A DNA stretch of 64,000 bases from contig NC_042998.1 in the NCBI RefSeq assembly GCF_006345805.1, forward strand, positions 71,548,001-71,612,000, written 5' to 3'. The position numbers were made by a program, and so were the translations under genes. The stretch comes from Octopus sinensis. Its lineage: Eukaryota. Under the pieces are notes generated by a model, which saw nothing but the letters and a program-made list of their open reading frames with translations, did not search any database and was not told the origin of the DNA. This document shows positions 39,583-52,716 of the stretch, piece by piece; the stretch's first letter is position 1; each line of letters starts with the position of its first letter.

Positions 39583-39750
39583 ATAAAATGAGATAGGGGT
39601 TGAAAATTCAACCCACCATGGGATAACATATATCCAATATACTGCTAGATAGGTACCCAACAAGACTAATACATAGATGTTAAAAATTGCCAAACAATCA
39701 GTTCATCTATTGTATTATATGGGTAAAGGTAATAATATTACCGTAAATTA

Positions 39751-41162
39751 ATACTACAAAATTAGAAAATGGAGAAACATACTTAAATCAATAAAACATC
39801 AACTATCAGATGATACCCAATCAATACTTTATTACACCATTATTACACCAAATATTCCCCTTGTTGATATTATTTAATGCCTAATCTGGTATATTATGGC
39901 ATTAAATTTATTAAGTAAATAAGAGATATATTTATAATATATAAATTAATATATATTTTATATTTTATATTTTATAACTTAGCGTACTTGGAATCATAAC
40001 AAACTTACGGTAAATCTAACAACCGGTATGTTTACTATGCAACAAACCGGTGTTATAAATTTTAAGTTACCCAATGAAATAGTATCTGACATCGTAACAT
40101 ACTGATATTTAAAAATATATTTTTATCTTTAAATTAAATATTTTATGAAATGCATGAGTGGATCTTTTTTGTTATTTGAGGCATAGTTATAATTTTGAAA
40201 GACTAAATGGCAGCATAGTTGCTTCCCTTTTTGTTTATCTATGTGCTAGTTGTTGCTTGTGGTTATGTATGTGTATAAGTGTATGTGTGTGTGTATACAT
40301 ATAATTATGTATGTATGTGCGATTGATCTGTGGATGCGCGTGTGAATATTGGCGTTCCTTGACTAACCAACCGTATGATTTCTTTTGTGATTTAAATTTC
40401 AAACTACTAGCCAATCGAATTAATCTAAATTATCATTACCTAGTGGTCAGAATTTCTAAACTCATAGTTATTTCGATCTTGAAAGGATGGACTTGGTGCA
40501 AACATAACTGTATCTATTATTATTATTATTATTATTAATATTAATGGTACTTTTTATTGACTTTTATAGCTTTATAATTTGATGAACTGAACCATGGTTT
40601 TAATTATTATTTTTCATCTCCCTATGTGTTATTTTTTTTTTAAACTATTAGCCAAATATGTATAATAACTGTGCTTATTAATATTAATATATACACTGAT
40701 ATATATTTTGTTCTGTTTACCTTGCATTATTGTACCAATGAGTATTATATTATATAAGTGTAGCATTATGAAGTTTACGCATAAGTTTTTATATTTTACA
40801 TTTTTATATTTTTATATTTATATGTATATGGATAAATAATTTTTTTCACAATTATAACATATTTAATTCTCTGAAGAGGCCGTGGGGCATCCTTGTTAAT
40901 GCCTCATTTATACCTGCCTTTATGGCTTATAGGTTAAATGAGGTATGACTGCCCTCGCTGCCGAAACAGCTGTCAGATTTGATTTAATTACATATTATAT
41001 TTGAAATTTTATACTTATATCTCTTTGTCTATTTACAATTACTGTATATTTTGTATAATGCCTTTACTGATATGTAATGGTGTAATAAAGTATTGATTGG
41101 GTATCATCTGATAGTTGATGTTTTATTGATTTAAGTATGTTTCTCCATTTCCTAATTTTGTA

Positions 41163-41166
<4 letters not shown>
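39751..41166. mobile_element. PLE-like insertion with 92-bp inverted repeats and an internal hammerhead
   Basis: 39751-39842 and 41075-41166 are reverse complements with 1 mismatch by eye. The HHR is at 40868-40977, and (TA)n follows 41166. Confidence 0.75.
40868..40977 (+). ncRNA. Type I hammerhead ribozyme with long helix II
   Basis: TCT-CTGAAGA-GGC...GCC-GAAA-CAGCTG-TC-AGA. The core is canonical with a GUC site (C40974). The roughly 85-nt helix II includes ATGCCTCATTTA/TAAATGAGGTAT. Confidence 0.82.
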
Positions 41167-41209
<43 letters not shown>

Positions 41210-41669
41210 ATATATGCGACTTATCCACTACAAAGTAACTTTTATGGGAAATTAGAATCTATTCAATAAAATTCAGAACGTACTTCGCAAATCTTCCGTG
41301 AAAATATCATGGCTACAGGTGAAGACTATCATTTCCTTGCGTCCAGGACATGAACATACATAAATGCAATTTATTTCTTGGACTTGCATAAGGAATACCA
41401 CAAATATTTATACACTTCTTCAAATTTGACAGAAGAAGTAACCCTATCATCAATATTATCATTATGTCGACCAATACTAGTCAAACAATACATCATTAAT
41501 ACGTCTCTGATTTGATGCAAATGTTACTCCTCAAAGGAAATAAACTTCACAATTCACTCCAAATTTATCTTGTAATGCCAACTAGAAACTAGAAACTTAA
41601 TCTCGATATCGCAACTAATTGTTTAAACCGTTTACCAAATCAAAATTATGTGCTTTAACACACATAGGC

Positions 41670-41845
41670 GTATGCACGTGTGTCATGAGCTTGCCTTCCA
41701 AGCACATAATTCCGAGTTCTGTCCCACTGCGTGATACCTTACACAAGTGCCTTCTATTGTAGCCTTGGTTAGACCAAAGCCTTTTGAATGTATTTGGCTG
41801 ACGGAAACTGAAAGAAGCCTGTCGTATATATATATATATATATAG

Positions 41846-41901
<56 letters not shown>

Positions 41902-42175
41902 ATGTGTGTGGTGTGTGTGTGGTGTATGTGTGTGTGAGCGTTTGTGTGTGTGTGTGTGGCTTTGTGTTTGTGGTCGTCTGTGACCACCACTTGACAACCG
42001 GTTTTGGTGTGTTTATGTGCCGGTAATATAGTGATTCATCAGAAAGTTCGATATAATTATTTCCAGGATTAACGATAGAAGTTATGGGGTCGACTCATTC
42101 GACTAAGAATGCGTGAAGCCTGTGACCCAACACGGCTGCCGTTTAAAAGCTAAAACAGTTAAAAGATAAAGACAC
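41670..42175 (+). mobile_element. tRNA-derived SINE with internal microsatellite (diverged)
   Basis: Same family as 13512-13930, in the opposite orientation (GACCAAAGCCTT..GACGGAAACTGAAAGAAGCC.GTCGTATAT). Confidence 0.75.
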
Positions 42176-44024
42176 GAAGATTACGATAGCTGCTGTTGCT
42201 AATGTAACACGTTTTCTAGATATCAACTAGGTTATACTCACTACTCATACCATTATCAACAAACCTGTCCTCAAACTTGTAAAACTCGAAACATCAACAA
42301 TGCTTCAACATTCCTGTATCTCATGATCAAAGACTTCTACACGATTATTGGGATCTCGTGGAGCCTGTTTGAATGTTCAGTCCCCTGGACGTATGCTACC
42401 AATTAACTTGAAAATGGATTACACATCTAGAAATAATAGATTTCACACATTCTACAATTTCATCGGAATACCTATATTGGAAGTTAAAATTAAAGCAGAT
42501 ACCTGTATCATGGATGTTCCCTTAGCCAGGATTTTCTAGCTCTTTTCTAACGTTTCCCGGTCACATCAACGTCATTGATCTAAAGGCGACAGCAAGTCAA
42601 ACTTCAAATCTCCAAATCCAACAGGTATACTTTTAGCCTCGAGTTTTACTATATCTACATTTCTAAACATTTCGCCTAGATTTCAAAGTATTGACTGAAT
42701 ATAAAATCTTTAAGCCTCAAAATTATCGTAGGCAACATATATTTCAGTTTTGGCTACCAATCCAACAAACAGCCGTCTTGTGAACCTATGACATCCATTC
42801 TGTTGGTCCTACTCTCCAGCACTTATACCAACTAGTTTGGATACATCATGTAACACTTCTCTACACATATGTAAGTAAGATCTCACAAATTTTCAGGATA
42901 ATTGAAAGGTTCGATGGAAACTTGAATATATAGAAAATTTCTGCGATATAAGGAAGCCGTAGATAAAAGGCGAAAAAAGGAAAGTAGAGAAGCCTGAACA
43001 TTTTATACTATATACGTTAAACAAATGATTAAACTTTAAGACATATAACTGTTGTGAGAGGCGCAAACTTGTCGAACGTTTTGAACCGTAATATACCATA
43101 TCTTTATCGTAATATTGTATTGGATATCGAGTGCAAGTTAAATATTAACTCGATGCTTTACAATGTTACTTGGTACTTAATATATAAAAATAATCAAACC
43201 TCAATTATAAGCAGAGTACAAATAAACTAAAACAGGAAGGTCATCACAATTGCTGCAACAAAAAATGTTCGAAACCCATTGAAGAAGGGTTATTCTAATT
43301 GTTGCAAAAGCATTTCCCCATTCTTCAAATTTACTTGTCAAACTTCACGTCAAGCAGAAAACTGCATAAATTACTCTTATTCCACCAGATATAATTTGGA
43401 AAATCGTATACGAACAGATGCAAACTATATGCCTCTTTTAATACCTAACAGACATCATCGTGATTCACACACTAACGAATGTCTATTATTATGGTGGTCA
43501 AGTGTTATTCCTATCTCTGAACCAATGATACGCGTTTGATAATTTCGAGACGATTGATAAAAATACAAGAATATAAATCCAGTATGAAGTGGGAACTAAT
43601 TTGCTTCTCGATATTATAAAAGCGTTCAAGCAGAAACTGTCTTGTACACTTCAGAATCTTGCAAAATATCGTTTTCAAAGCTTCCGCTCTCTAATTAGCA
43701 TTGGAGTAATTTTCTTGTCTTATGCAAAAAAAAGGTTTTGAACAATTTTTGGTTTTTAGAGTTTACGTTAGATTATATTAAATAGACTAACCAATAACAG
43801 TGAATTACTTTTATGATTTAGACGAAATGTAGAGCAATTATCTATGCAGTTTGCTCTAGCGTGAACTACCCGTATCAAATTTGAGTGAAACTAAATTGTT
43901 CAATGAAGTTGCTTTCTTAAGTTAGAATGCTGCTTAACATATGTAGATTCCCATATTCAACTTGTTTGATTTAAGAATTTGAATCTGAGATTATTTACAA
44001 TTCTATGTTCATTTACTGTTCCTA

Positions 44025-44340
44025 GTGAAGGCACGTGATTTAGTGGTTAGTGTTTTTGTATCACGATCGTCGCAAGGTTGTAAGTTCGATTCCTGTGACG
44101 CATTTTGTCCTTGAACAAGACACTTTATTTCACTTTCGTCAAGTCCATTCAGCTGACGAAAATGAGTTGTAGATGTAATTCAAAGGGCCAACCTTATCAC
44201 ACTGTCTTTAACGCTGAATCTCACTGAAAACCACATTAAAGGTACCTATGTTTTGGGGTGCTCAGCCACTTACACGTTAAATTCACGAGCAGGCTGTTCT
44301 GTTGGTCGGATCAACTGGGACATTCATCGTCCAAACAGTG
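44025..44340 (+). mobile_element. tRNA-derived SINE
   Basis: Head GTGAAGGCACGTGATTTAGTGGTTAG, B box GTTCGATTCC at 44084, and TGTCCTTGAACAAGACACTTTA core. Confidence 0.8.
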
Positions 44341-44694
44341 AAGTGTTAGTTCCTGTTTTTGAGTTATACCGTTCAAGCAGATATTAACTTGGAAATTATC
44401 ACTTCTCTCGAGTGCGGTTTCCTGTTCCAATAACAGAAGGAAAGATGTATATTCAGACCAAGCTGTTTCATTGGTGAAATTATACTTGCTCGACCACACA
44501 TCAGTGGAATATTACCCTCTCGGATTATTTACCAATTCTGTGCACTGGTAACTGCTACAAGTTAAAAAACTACGTTTTCTTATCTTAATCATTATCCAAT
44601 TTGTTTTCACCCCTATTTGCACTATCTTCCCTTTCTATGCTATGTATCCCAGCTCGCTGTCTCCCACAATTGTTTGTATATACATATATATATG

Positions 44695-44788
<94 letters not shown>

Positions 44789-44918
44789 TGTGTGTGTGTG
44801 TGTGTGTGTATGTGTGTGTGTGTGTGTGCGTGTGTGCGTGCGTGTGTGTGTGTGATATATATGTGTATTTATATATACATAAATTAGCCCTCCGAACTTC
44901 TTAGACCCTCAGCCAAAC

Positions 44919-45032
44919 TCTCTGACGAAGCTTAGAAACACATCCAAGTAACCTAATTTTATCGATAAATCACTGAAAAGATGGAAATAACATGTGGGGT
45001 ACTGTTATCTCCTGCCAGAAACAGCTGTAAGA
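44919..45032 (+). ncRNA. Hammerhead-like motif with long helix II
   Basis: TCT-CTGACGA(44922)...GAAA(45018)-CAGCTG-TA-AGA. It has the same helix I/III design as 40868, but the base of helix II is imperfect. Confidence 0.55.
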
Positions 45033-45199
45033 AACTTCTCTTCTTTCTCTATTTCAGAAATTACTAGTACTTTATATGTAAAACACAATCTTTACACATG
45101 CATACTCAGAATTTTTTATAATAAATAGACATAATATAATGTCTAACAGTTGATGCATACTAACTCTGGATCCCCTCCATTTTCTTCTTGCCGTATATA

Positions 45200-45709
45200 T
45201 ATATATATATATACGCAAAAATATTATAATTATAAGTATAATTATAATTAGGGTTCAGCAAAATTGCTTCAAATACCAGTACTTCCGAATTTATATAGAC
45301 TGGTTTTGGGATATAAGCTATTCGATGGCGCTTGGTCGAATACATATTTTAATTATTAGTACTCTCAAATTTATAATTGAAATACTATACTGAAGAGGGA
45401 AATAAGTGATTAAAAATGATATCTTTACATCCCTTTAATCCAGAAACGCGTATATAGTTGATCACAGCCAGGCGGATTCATTATTTTTTTCTTTTTTGCC
45501 TGCGTGAGTTGGGATTATTGCTGTCTGGGAGATATCTTCTGGTAGTGCAATCGTATTTAACTGCTATTTCTAAATTTCGGTATGTGATGAAGCAATTTTG
45601 CTAAACCCTAATTATAATTATGAATATGATTATAAAATGTTTGCATATTTAACGGTAAAATTTCTTTTAACATACCGAAATATTTGGTAAAATTATCAAT
45701 TATTAATTT

Positions 45710-45795
<86 letters not shown>

Positions 45796-45846
45796 TAAAT
45801 ATAATTATAATTAGGGTTCAGCAAAATTGCTTCAAAAACCAGTACT
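45200..45846. mobile_element. PLE pLTR fragments in inverted and direct arrangement
   Basis: 45238-45271 is inverted at 45588-45621 (33/34). 45238-45283 is repeated directly at 45801-45846. The HHR is at 45384. Confidence 0.65.
45384..45458 (+). ncRNA. Type I hammerhead ribozyme motif
   Basis: ACTATA-CTGAAGA-GGGA...TCCC...TCCA-GAAA-CGCG-TA-TATAGT. It has a perfect 6-bp helix I, a palindromic helix III and a GUA site. The helix II register is ambiguous. Confidence 0.7.
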
Positions 45847-46679
45847 GACAGCCATGACTATGTTCTCCTGCTTGGTGCAGAGTCCCGTTGCCAGATATAG
45901 GTTCTTCCAGCAGCCACCGTCTTGAGCCAGAGCATTACCTCTTGTAGGTACTTGATGTAGGCTTCCGTTTTGATTGTGAGGCCAGCTGGTTAAATGAACG
46001 GAGACATAACGTCACTATCACTAGTGATCACACCAAACACCATGATGTTGACTGGATTTTTATTACTCTTGGTACATTCTTTGGGAACACGGCAAGTCAA
46101 TGGTTCTTCTGTGAGTTCACCATCTGTTCCTGGAAGAAATTTTCTCGCCTGAGAGAAAAAAACCCCCCAAAATATGTTCGGTTGGAGAGGAAGCTTGAGT
46201 TTGTTCAAAAGCTTCGTAGCGAGGTATTTCCTCTTGTTATTGATGGCTTGGGATAAAAATTGGCCCTTTTTCATCTTGTATGATCAATACCGAATGTCTT
46301 GCTGTACTACCTGTCTGATAAGAAATTCATACACTCTCATGTCCCTAGCGATGAATCTCATTGAATTAGAGGGATCATTGTCAAACATGGCCTGGATCTC
46401 AACAGCAAATTCAGGAAATCCTTTCTTATCAGAACGACCAGAGGGTGCTTTACGTGCTGCCGTACCTTCATATTCACCATTAGACTAATCCAACACTTTC
46501 CGAATCCTCTGCACTGCCTTCAGATTGACACCCAAACACTCTGAAATGTTCGTATTGGAGCTTCTGCTACGAGTGTAAAGCAGTACAGTATGTCGTTTCC
46601 AAACCTCTGGCAGAGTCAACTGCGTCACAGTGCTGGTTTTCTGACAGACAGTGCCCAACTGACCCTACTATACCCTGTA
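45847..46679 (-). mobile_element. maT/DD37D-like Tc1-mariner superfamily transposon, 3'-truncated
   Basis: Terminus TA-CAGGGT at 46679. Reads YKMKKGQFLSQA..KLLNKLK.PLQPN, IMVFGVITSDSDVMSPFI, YIWQRDSAP, and is cut after SWLS. Confidence 0.8.
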
Positions 46680-48719
46680 GTCGGTAAAAATCAAAAACAA
46701 AAAATGTGCGCAAGTACATATATATTTATGTATGTGCGTGTGCATGTGTTTGTGCATGTGTGTGCGTGTGTGTGTGTACGTTTGTGCACGTATGTATGTA
46801 TGCATATATACTATACTTACAGACACACCCAGAGTCACACTTGTGTGTGCGAATATAATATATGTATATCTGTTTGAAAACAGTTAATTCACGTTCGGTT
46901 ATCTTGGGTTTGAAACCTTATTAATTTCTTTTATCCTCGCGTTGTTTTTCTGAATATCAGCACACTGCTATTAGCACGTGCGTTCTTTTCCTTATTTTGT
47001 TTTCCATATATTATTTTCTACTGCGGAAGTAATTGTGTTCCAAATATTATGATATTTCAAATCCAGTAACCCTGAAACTCAAACTCAAACTAAAACCAAA
47101 ATCATATATATTATCCCATATTTCGTGTTGTTATTTTCATATGCATATGCATATACATAAACATACTAAGTAACTGTCTGTCTGTCCTGACACTATATAT
47201 ATATATGCATGAAAACACACACACACACATTCATACACTCATTGATACACACATAAACATATGTATGCATGTATACATACGCATATATATATATACATGA
47301 TATATATAGTCACATATATACATACATATCTTTTGATTATATCTATCGCTCTCTCTCTCTCTCTCTCTCTCTCTGTATATATTTGGCATACATATCTTAT
47401 AAATACACGCACGTGTGTATCGAATTTAATTTATTAGATTTGTCCCGCATACCCTTGCATGTTTAACACCAGTGATTCTAATTACTGGAATATATTTATT
47501 CGCGGCTACTATAAACATAACTTCAATATCAGATTAAATTCATATTGCAGAACAGAAATCAAATCAATTAAAGAAATATTTTAAAATTGTTATTAGTTAA
47601 GAAATATCTTTTTGGAATTTCTCAGCACGAACTTATGAAAATCTTATTAATTATTTGATTTTCTCTGTCACAAATCTTGAAGTAAATCCTAAGTAATTAT
47701 ATTTATCGCTGGAAACTCTTCATAGAATTCGTAGATGATGCAACAAACAAGATGATTAAATATAACATTTCATTTTTTATTCAATTTAAATCAAATCAAC
47801 ATTTCTTTTTACCAATCCATGTCATGCGAATTCTGCTTATGTGATAGTAGTCTATAAAATGTTTTATTTCAAACGGTTGCGCTGAAGTGAACACTGATGT
47901 AAAAGGTTTCTGAATTAAAATCTGAAGGCAAAAGTATAAAAGATATCAAAATATAAAGACGTAATATAAAAAAAAAACTTTGTGGTAAAAGAAATACAAA
48001 CTGCAAACCCATAATAATTACAGTCTTGCCTCGTTGTTTCTATATTCAATTTTATACAATCACCAGCACACCCCATTCTTTCTAGTCGTTTCTACAAAGT
48101 TGTTTATTGAAACATGAAGATCAGTTCCCTAACACTTTTAGAACGGAATGTCACTTTAACAGTTTTATCAGTAATGGATGAATTCCTTTGTGTTGCCATT
48201 CGGAGAGAAGGGCCATTCATGTTTCCCGTGTTTATGTTGTTGAACATTGCAATTTTATTATAGTTGTTCTTCGTAAAATATTTTTATTGCGAGAATTTTT
48301 TTACCCAACTGTTTTAATTTCGATGCTTTCATTATTTGCTATAGAGTTTAAAAGAAGTTTGAAGATGGTAGTTTTAATGTTCAATACAATCGTATTTTAT
48401 TATTTCTCGTAAAATAGAATTCAGTTAAATTCCACGAGTGCACTAGAATTTTCACTACAACTTTAATTCAATGCCTCCGAAACTCTACTGTCAATAAAAC
48501 AGCAATGTTTATTGAAAAATGAGAATAATGGATCTCGAATATACGGATTCGGCGAACATGACGTTCTCAAAAAATAACCGAGAGTATGTAATTGTATATA
48601 AAGACAGCCGAAATAGACAAAAATATGAAAGAAACAAAAATGTTATTACTACAAAAGAAAACTACTTGAAACTCTATTGAACTGCATACATGCTTACATG
48701 ATTTGTATCTAAACATTTT

Positions 48720-49170
<451 letters not shown>

Positions 49171-49561
49171 GGGCATATACAGACAAACTACATACATACA
49201 TGAATGGGTGTGAAGTATAGGACAATGAAGGGAAATTTTTGGTGTATGACTTTTAGAATAGCCACGCGCAGAAATAATTCAATACTACTCTGGTGATTGT
49301 GGTAGGCGGTGTAGGGAGTGAAATAACCTGCCTAGAGACCATAAGTAGTTGTTTCAATCAGAACGTAATATAACTTAGAGAAAGTCATAAATACAAGAAT
49401 TTCAATTTTCTATCATGTAATATAAAACTGAATTTAATAAAATTAGAATGAAGACAGTGCTGAATAGATTGGGAGATCCACAAATAAGCATTTTCTTTTG
49501 TTTTTAACATTAGTAAACGAATTATTTCACACGACCATTAAATTATTATTCCGAGAGAAAG

Positions 49562-50150
49562 TTGTCAAAATTCTGTACAATGAACTTGGTATGTAGAAGG
49601 TCTCTGCGCGGTGGGTTGCACGTCTTCTGGCATATGATCAAAGGTGTACCAAGCTAGACACATCACGGGAAAAATCTGACATTGTTTCAGGCAGATGCAT
49701 ATGGTTTCCTTGACCAATTCCAAAATTAGAACGAGCTTCGGCTTCATCACTTTGAGCCAGAGATAAAGAGATAACCTATGCAATGGAAACCCCATAACTC
49801 ACCTGCTTCAGGTAAAGACGTTTTTTCATGTGCAGGGAATGTGATAGCCTTAGTTTTTTGGGACACAGAAAGAGCCACGCGATCAATGGAAAACACTATG
49901 CCAACTTGCTGAGACATTTACGAGAGCCTATCAATATCAAACGCCCAAGAAGACTGACGAAAGGGGTCTTGTTTCGGAAGCACAATGCTCCAGTACACAA
50001 TTCTTGGTTTCAATGGTTCCTGCGTATAACTATGACTTTGAACTAATTGATCATCGTCTCCATTTTCCGGATTTAGCCCCATATGACTATTATCTGTTCC
50101 GCGACATGGAAAAAAACATTTAGCTGGGAAACTATCGAAGTGATGAAGTT
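49562..50150 (+). mobile_element. Mariner (irritans/Hsmar2-like) transposase relic
   Basis: Reads KVSARWVARLL, HHFEPE.KR..MQW, VFWDT, YANLL..LR..I..KRP..L.KGVLF..NAPVH, FPDLAPYDYYLF. Confidence 0.85.
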
Positions 50151-52652
50151 AATGATGTAAAAATAAATCTATTGATGATGAAAAAACAAAAACTTAATTT
50201 GGTCACATTCAACGAGAGTATCTTGGTCAGCCCATGTACTTTCCAGCTGACACTTGTAAATTATTTTCGGTGTTAAAGTATATGTTCAACGATTTAGGAG
50301 TTAATCTTTGATATATAATGTGGATGTAGACAGGTTTTGTACCTTAGCTCATATATTTTGTTAGAAGTATTTAGTACATTTGAACGATTGTTTATCGCGA
50401 TAGCGTCGAACTCCGGTGAAGAAGAGAATTACAATTAAGTGTTCTGTCGGTACGATTGATCCTTACTTTCTTAGGTCTCTTGGAATATATTATCTAAAAT
50501 TTTGTGCATACAATAATGGAAAATGATTTAAGCGAGACCTGGCTGACATTTCTAGCAGAACTCGCCTCATTGACAAGTCCACTCCAATTATTCCTCGCTA
50601 ACGAGCTTAATATCTAAATCGCATTATATGTAATCATATGTTCTATGGCGTATACAGATTTCAGTTTTAATAGTTATTTGCATTACACAACAGTTTATTG
50701 TATTTCACGGTAGAGTATACTGATGAGAAATTGGTACACATTATTAAAACTACTATGTAGAGACAGAATTATTTTTGGTGAATTGAGATTTTCTATGAAC
50801 TATATATCTCACCCGGTAGCACCGCATCAACAAATATGACTCCATAAATAATATACATTTTGTTTGAATAACACCTATTCAATGATACTTGATTCTGACC
50901 GTAGATTAAAGACGCTGATATACGAGGGATATTGTTATGCAAATGCTGTAAAATGAACGTTCGACAAGCAATTTGCTTTTAATTTCGTCCATCATTATGC
51001 TGAAACTTTGATGTACTTTGTTAGATTTCTGCCACTGTTCTCTCCGGGTGATATTTGCCCCAGAAGTTGAAGTAGTAAAGCTAAATTTTTATATTCCTAA
51101 TTACAAGTCTTTATATTTCTTTATATTCGTAATTGTTCTGGTGTCGTGGTAGTAAGAAAGACGGTAATGTCTTCAGGATAGAATCCCATTTTCTAATGCA
51201 TGGATGTTACGCTTTATCGCCTGACACTATAACGGACAAGGCCGCATCCCGGTTTTCATTTCTGGATATCTCTCTGCAGCTCCACTTTTTGGTACTGTCT
51301 GCATTGTAACCATATTGAGAGGTTAAGATGCCCCAATACCAAGGTAACTTGCGTGTCGTAACCAGTTCAGTCTCAGACACCAGTTGACTGTAGGGTAAAT
51401 TATGCCTTTTGAAATTCACTTTAATTCTCCTTGACCTGATCCAGTATGAATTCTTCTGGCTTGCTTTTGTTTATCATTGCCTTAATAACTCCGGATCGCG
51501 TCTATGGCGAAGGCTGGAAGCCACATTTCCTGGTCAGATGGCTACTATTCCTTAGTTTCCGTATTCTAAATGTGGCAGCCCTCAATTATGCTTTTATATG
51601 TTTCAGTAAATTCAACAAGAATCACATCATTTTAAAGTTATATCCGATCTCATACCTCATTTATTAATGAAGTCTAGGTGATTTTCTCGTATTCTGGAGA
51701 GTCTGCCATGAATTTACATTGGTCCATTTCATCAAGTACAACGTGCTTTCGGGATTCATTTAATTGACACAGCAGTTCCTAGGAAGTTTTACTTCTTCCT
51801 ATGTAGAACTTTGTAAGATGGCTTCCAAGAGATTTATACCATCTCGTGATAGAAAATATTCTCGTATCCGGGTCTGCTTATAAGACACAAGTTCGTATAC
51901 AGAACTGAGGATAGATCTAAATCTAAGAGGAATAAGGTCGCGAAAATGCAGTTCCTTTTTGTATATCCATATGTTATGATGGGCAACCACGAAGCTAATT
52001 ATTTATACAAGAAACTTTATCTATGAAAGATGATACCATAACTAAACTTCTTAGGCGAAATATGCATAAAGACCCATTGTGCGTAGAACATCAATTTTAT
52101 TGTAGCTTTTCAATATATATTAACAATACAATAAGAAACCTTATATAGTAAACAACTGATATAGTCTATCCATAGAATATCAACTATATACTGAATTAGC
52201 TGTATGTAGTTTTTTTCCTTTCTCTTCCTTCTCTCTCTCTCTCTAGTGTTTTGAGTAAAATGTTTGAATTCTCCTTTCCATTGCAATAAAATCATCCAGA
52301 ACTGTAGTAACTATAAACTTGTCAATCCGAACAAGTGTTAACAAACTTTAAAATGAAGGCGATAATTATTTTTATATTCTTGCATTGGACATATAACGAA
52401 TAGGGGAGTGGGTTGGGGAAGAAAGTATATACACGATGCACTATTATTACACGAGACTCAATGTTATAGACGATGCAGAGTTCACATCAATATATTACTT
52501 GACTCAAGGAAGTCATGATAATGCAGATATTTCTGTGTATGATTTTTATGTGTGTGAGTTTGAGAAATACTATTATTAATATGATCTCATTGTATTACAT
52601 CGAACTGGTGTGATTTATATACATCTGAGTATTCGCCGGTGACTATTTATAG

Positions 52653-52716
52653 GATTTCAGAGTCTGGAGGCGTCGAAGTTTGCTTCAGCAACAAATGACA
52701 ATGTTTCCACCTATGG
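52653..52716 (+). CDS. Candidate internal exon of an unidentified host gene
   Basis: Acceptor gactatttatAG and donor TGG|GTGGGT. Starts in phase 0 and reads DFRVWRRRSLLQQQMTMFPPM plus 1 nt. An alternative AG at 52659-52660 is also possible. Confidence 0.3.

Noticed and set aside
42250-43000. Possible decayed RT on minus (RYSDEI, FLDV-like pieces)
   Set aside because: Motifs are in different frames and too degraded to call.
50715-50740. CTGATGAGAAA
   Set aside because: No room for helix II, so it cannot form a hammerhead.
50250-52050. Possible old LINE debris on minus
   Set aside because: No unambiguous RT or endonuclease motif could be read.
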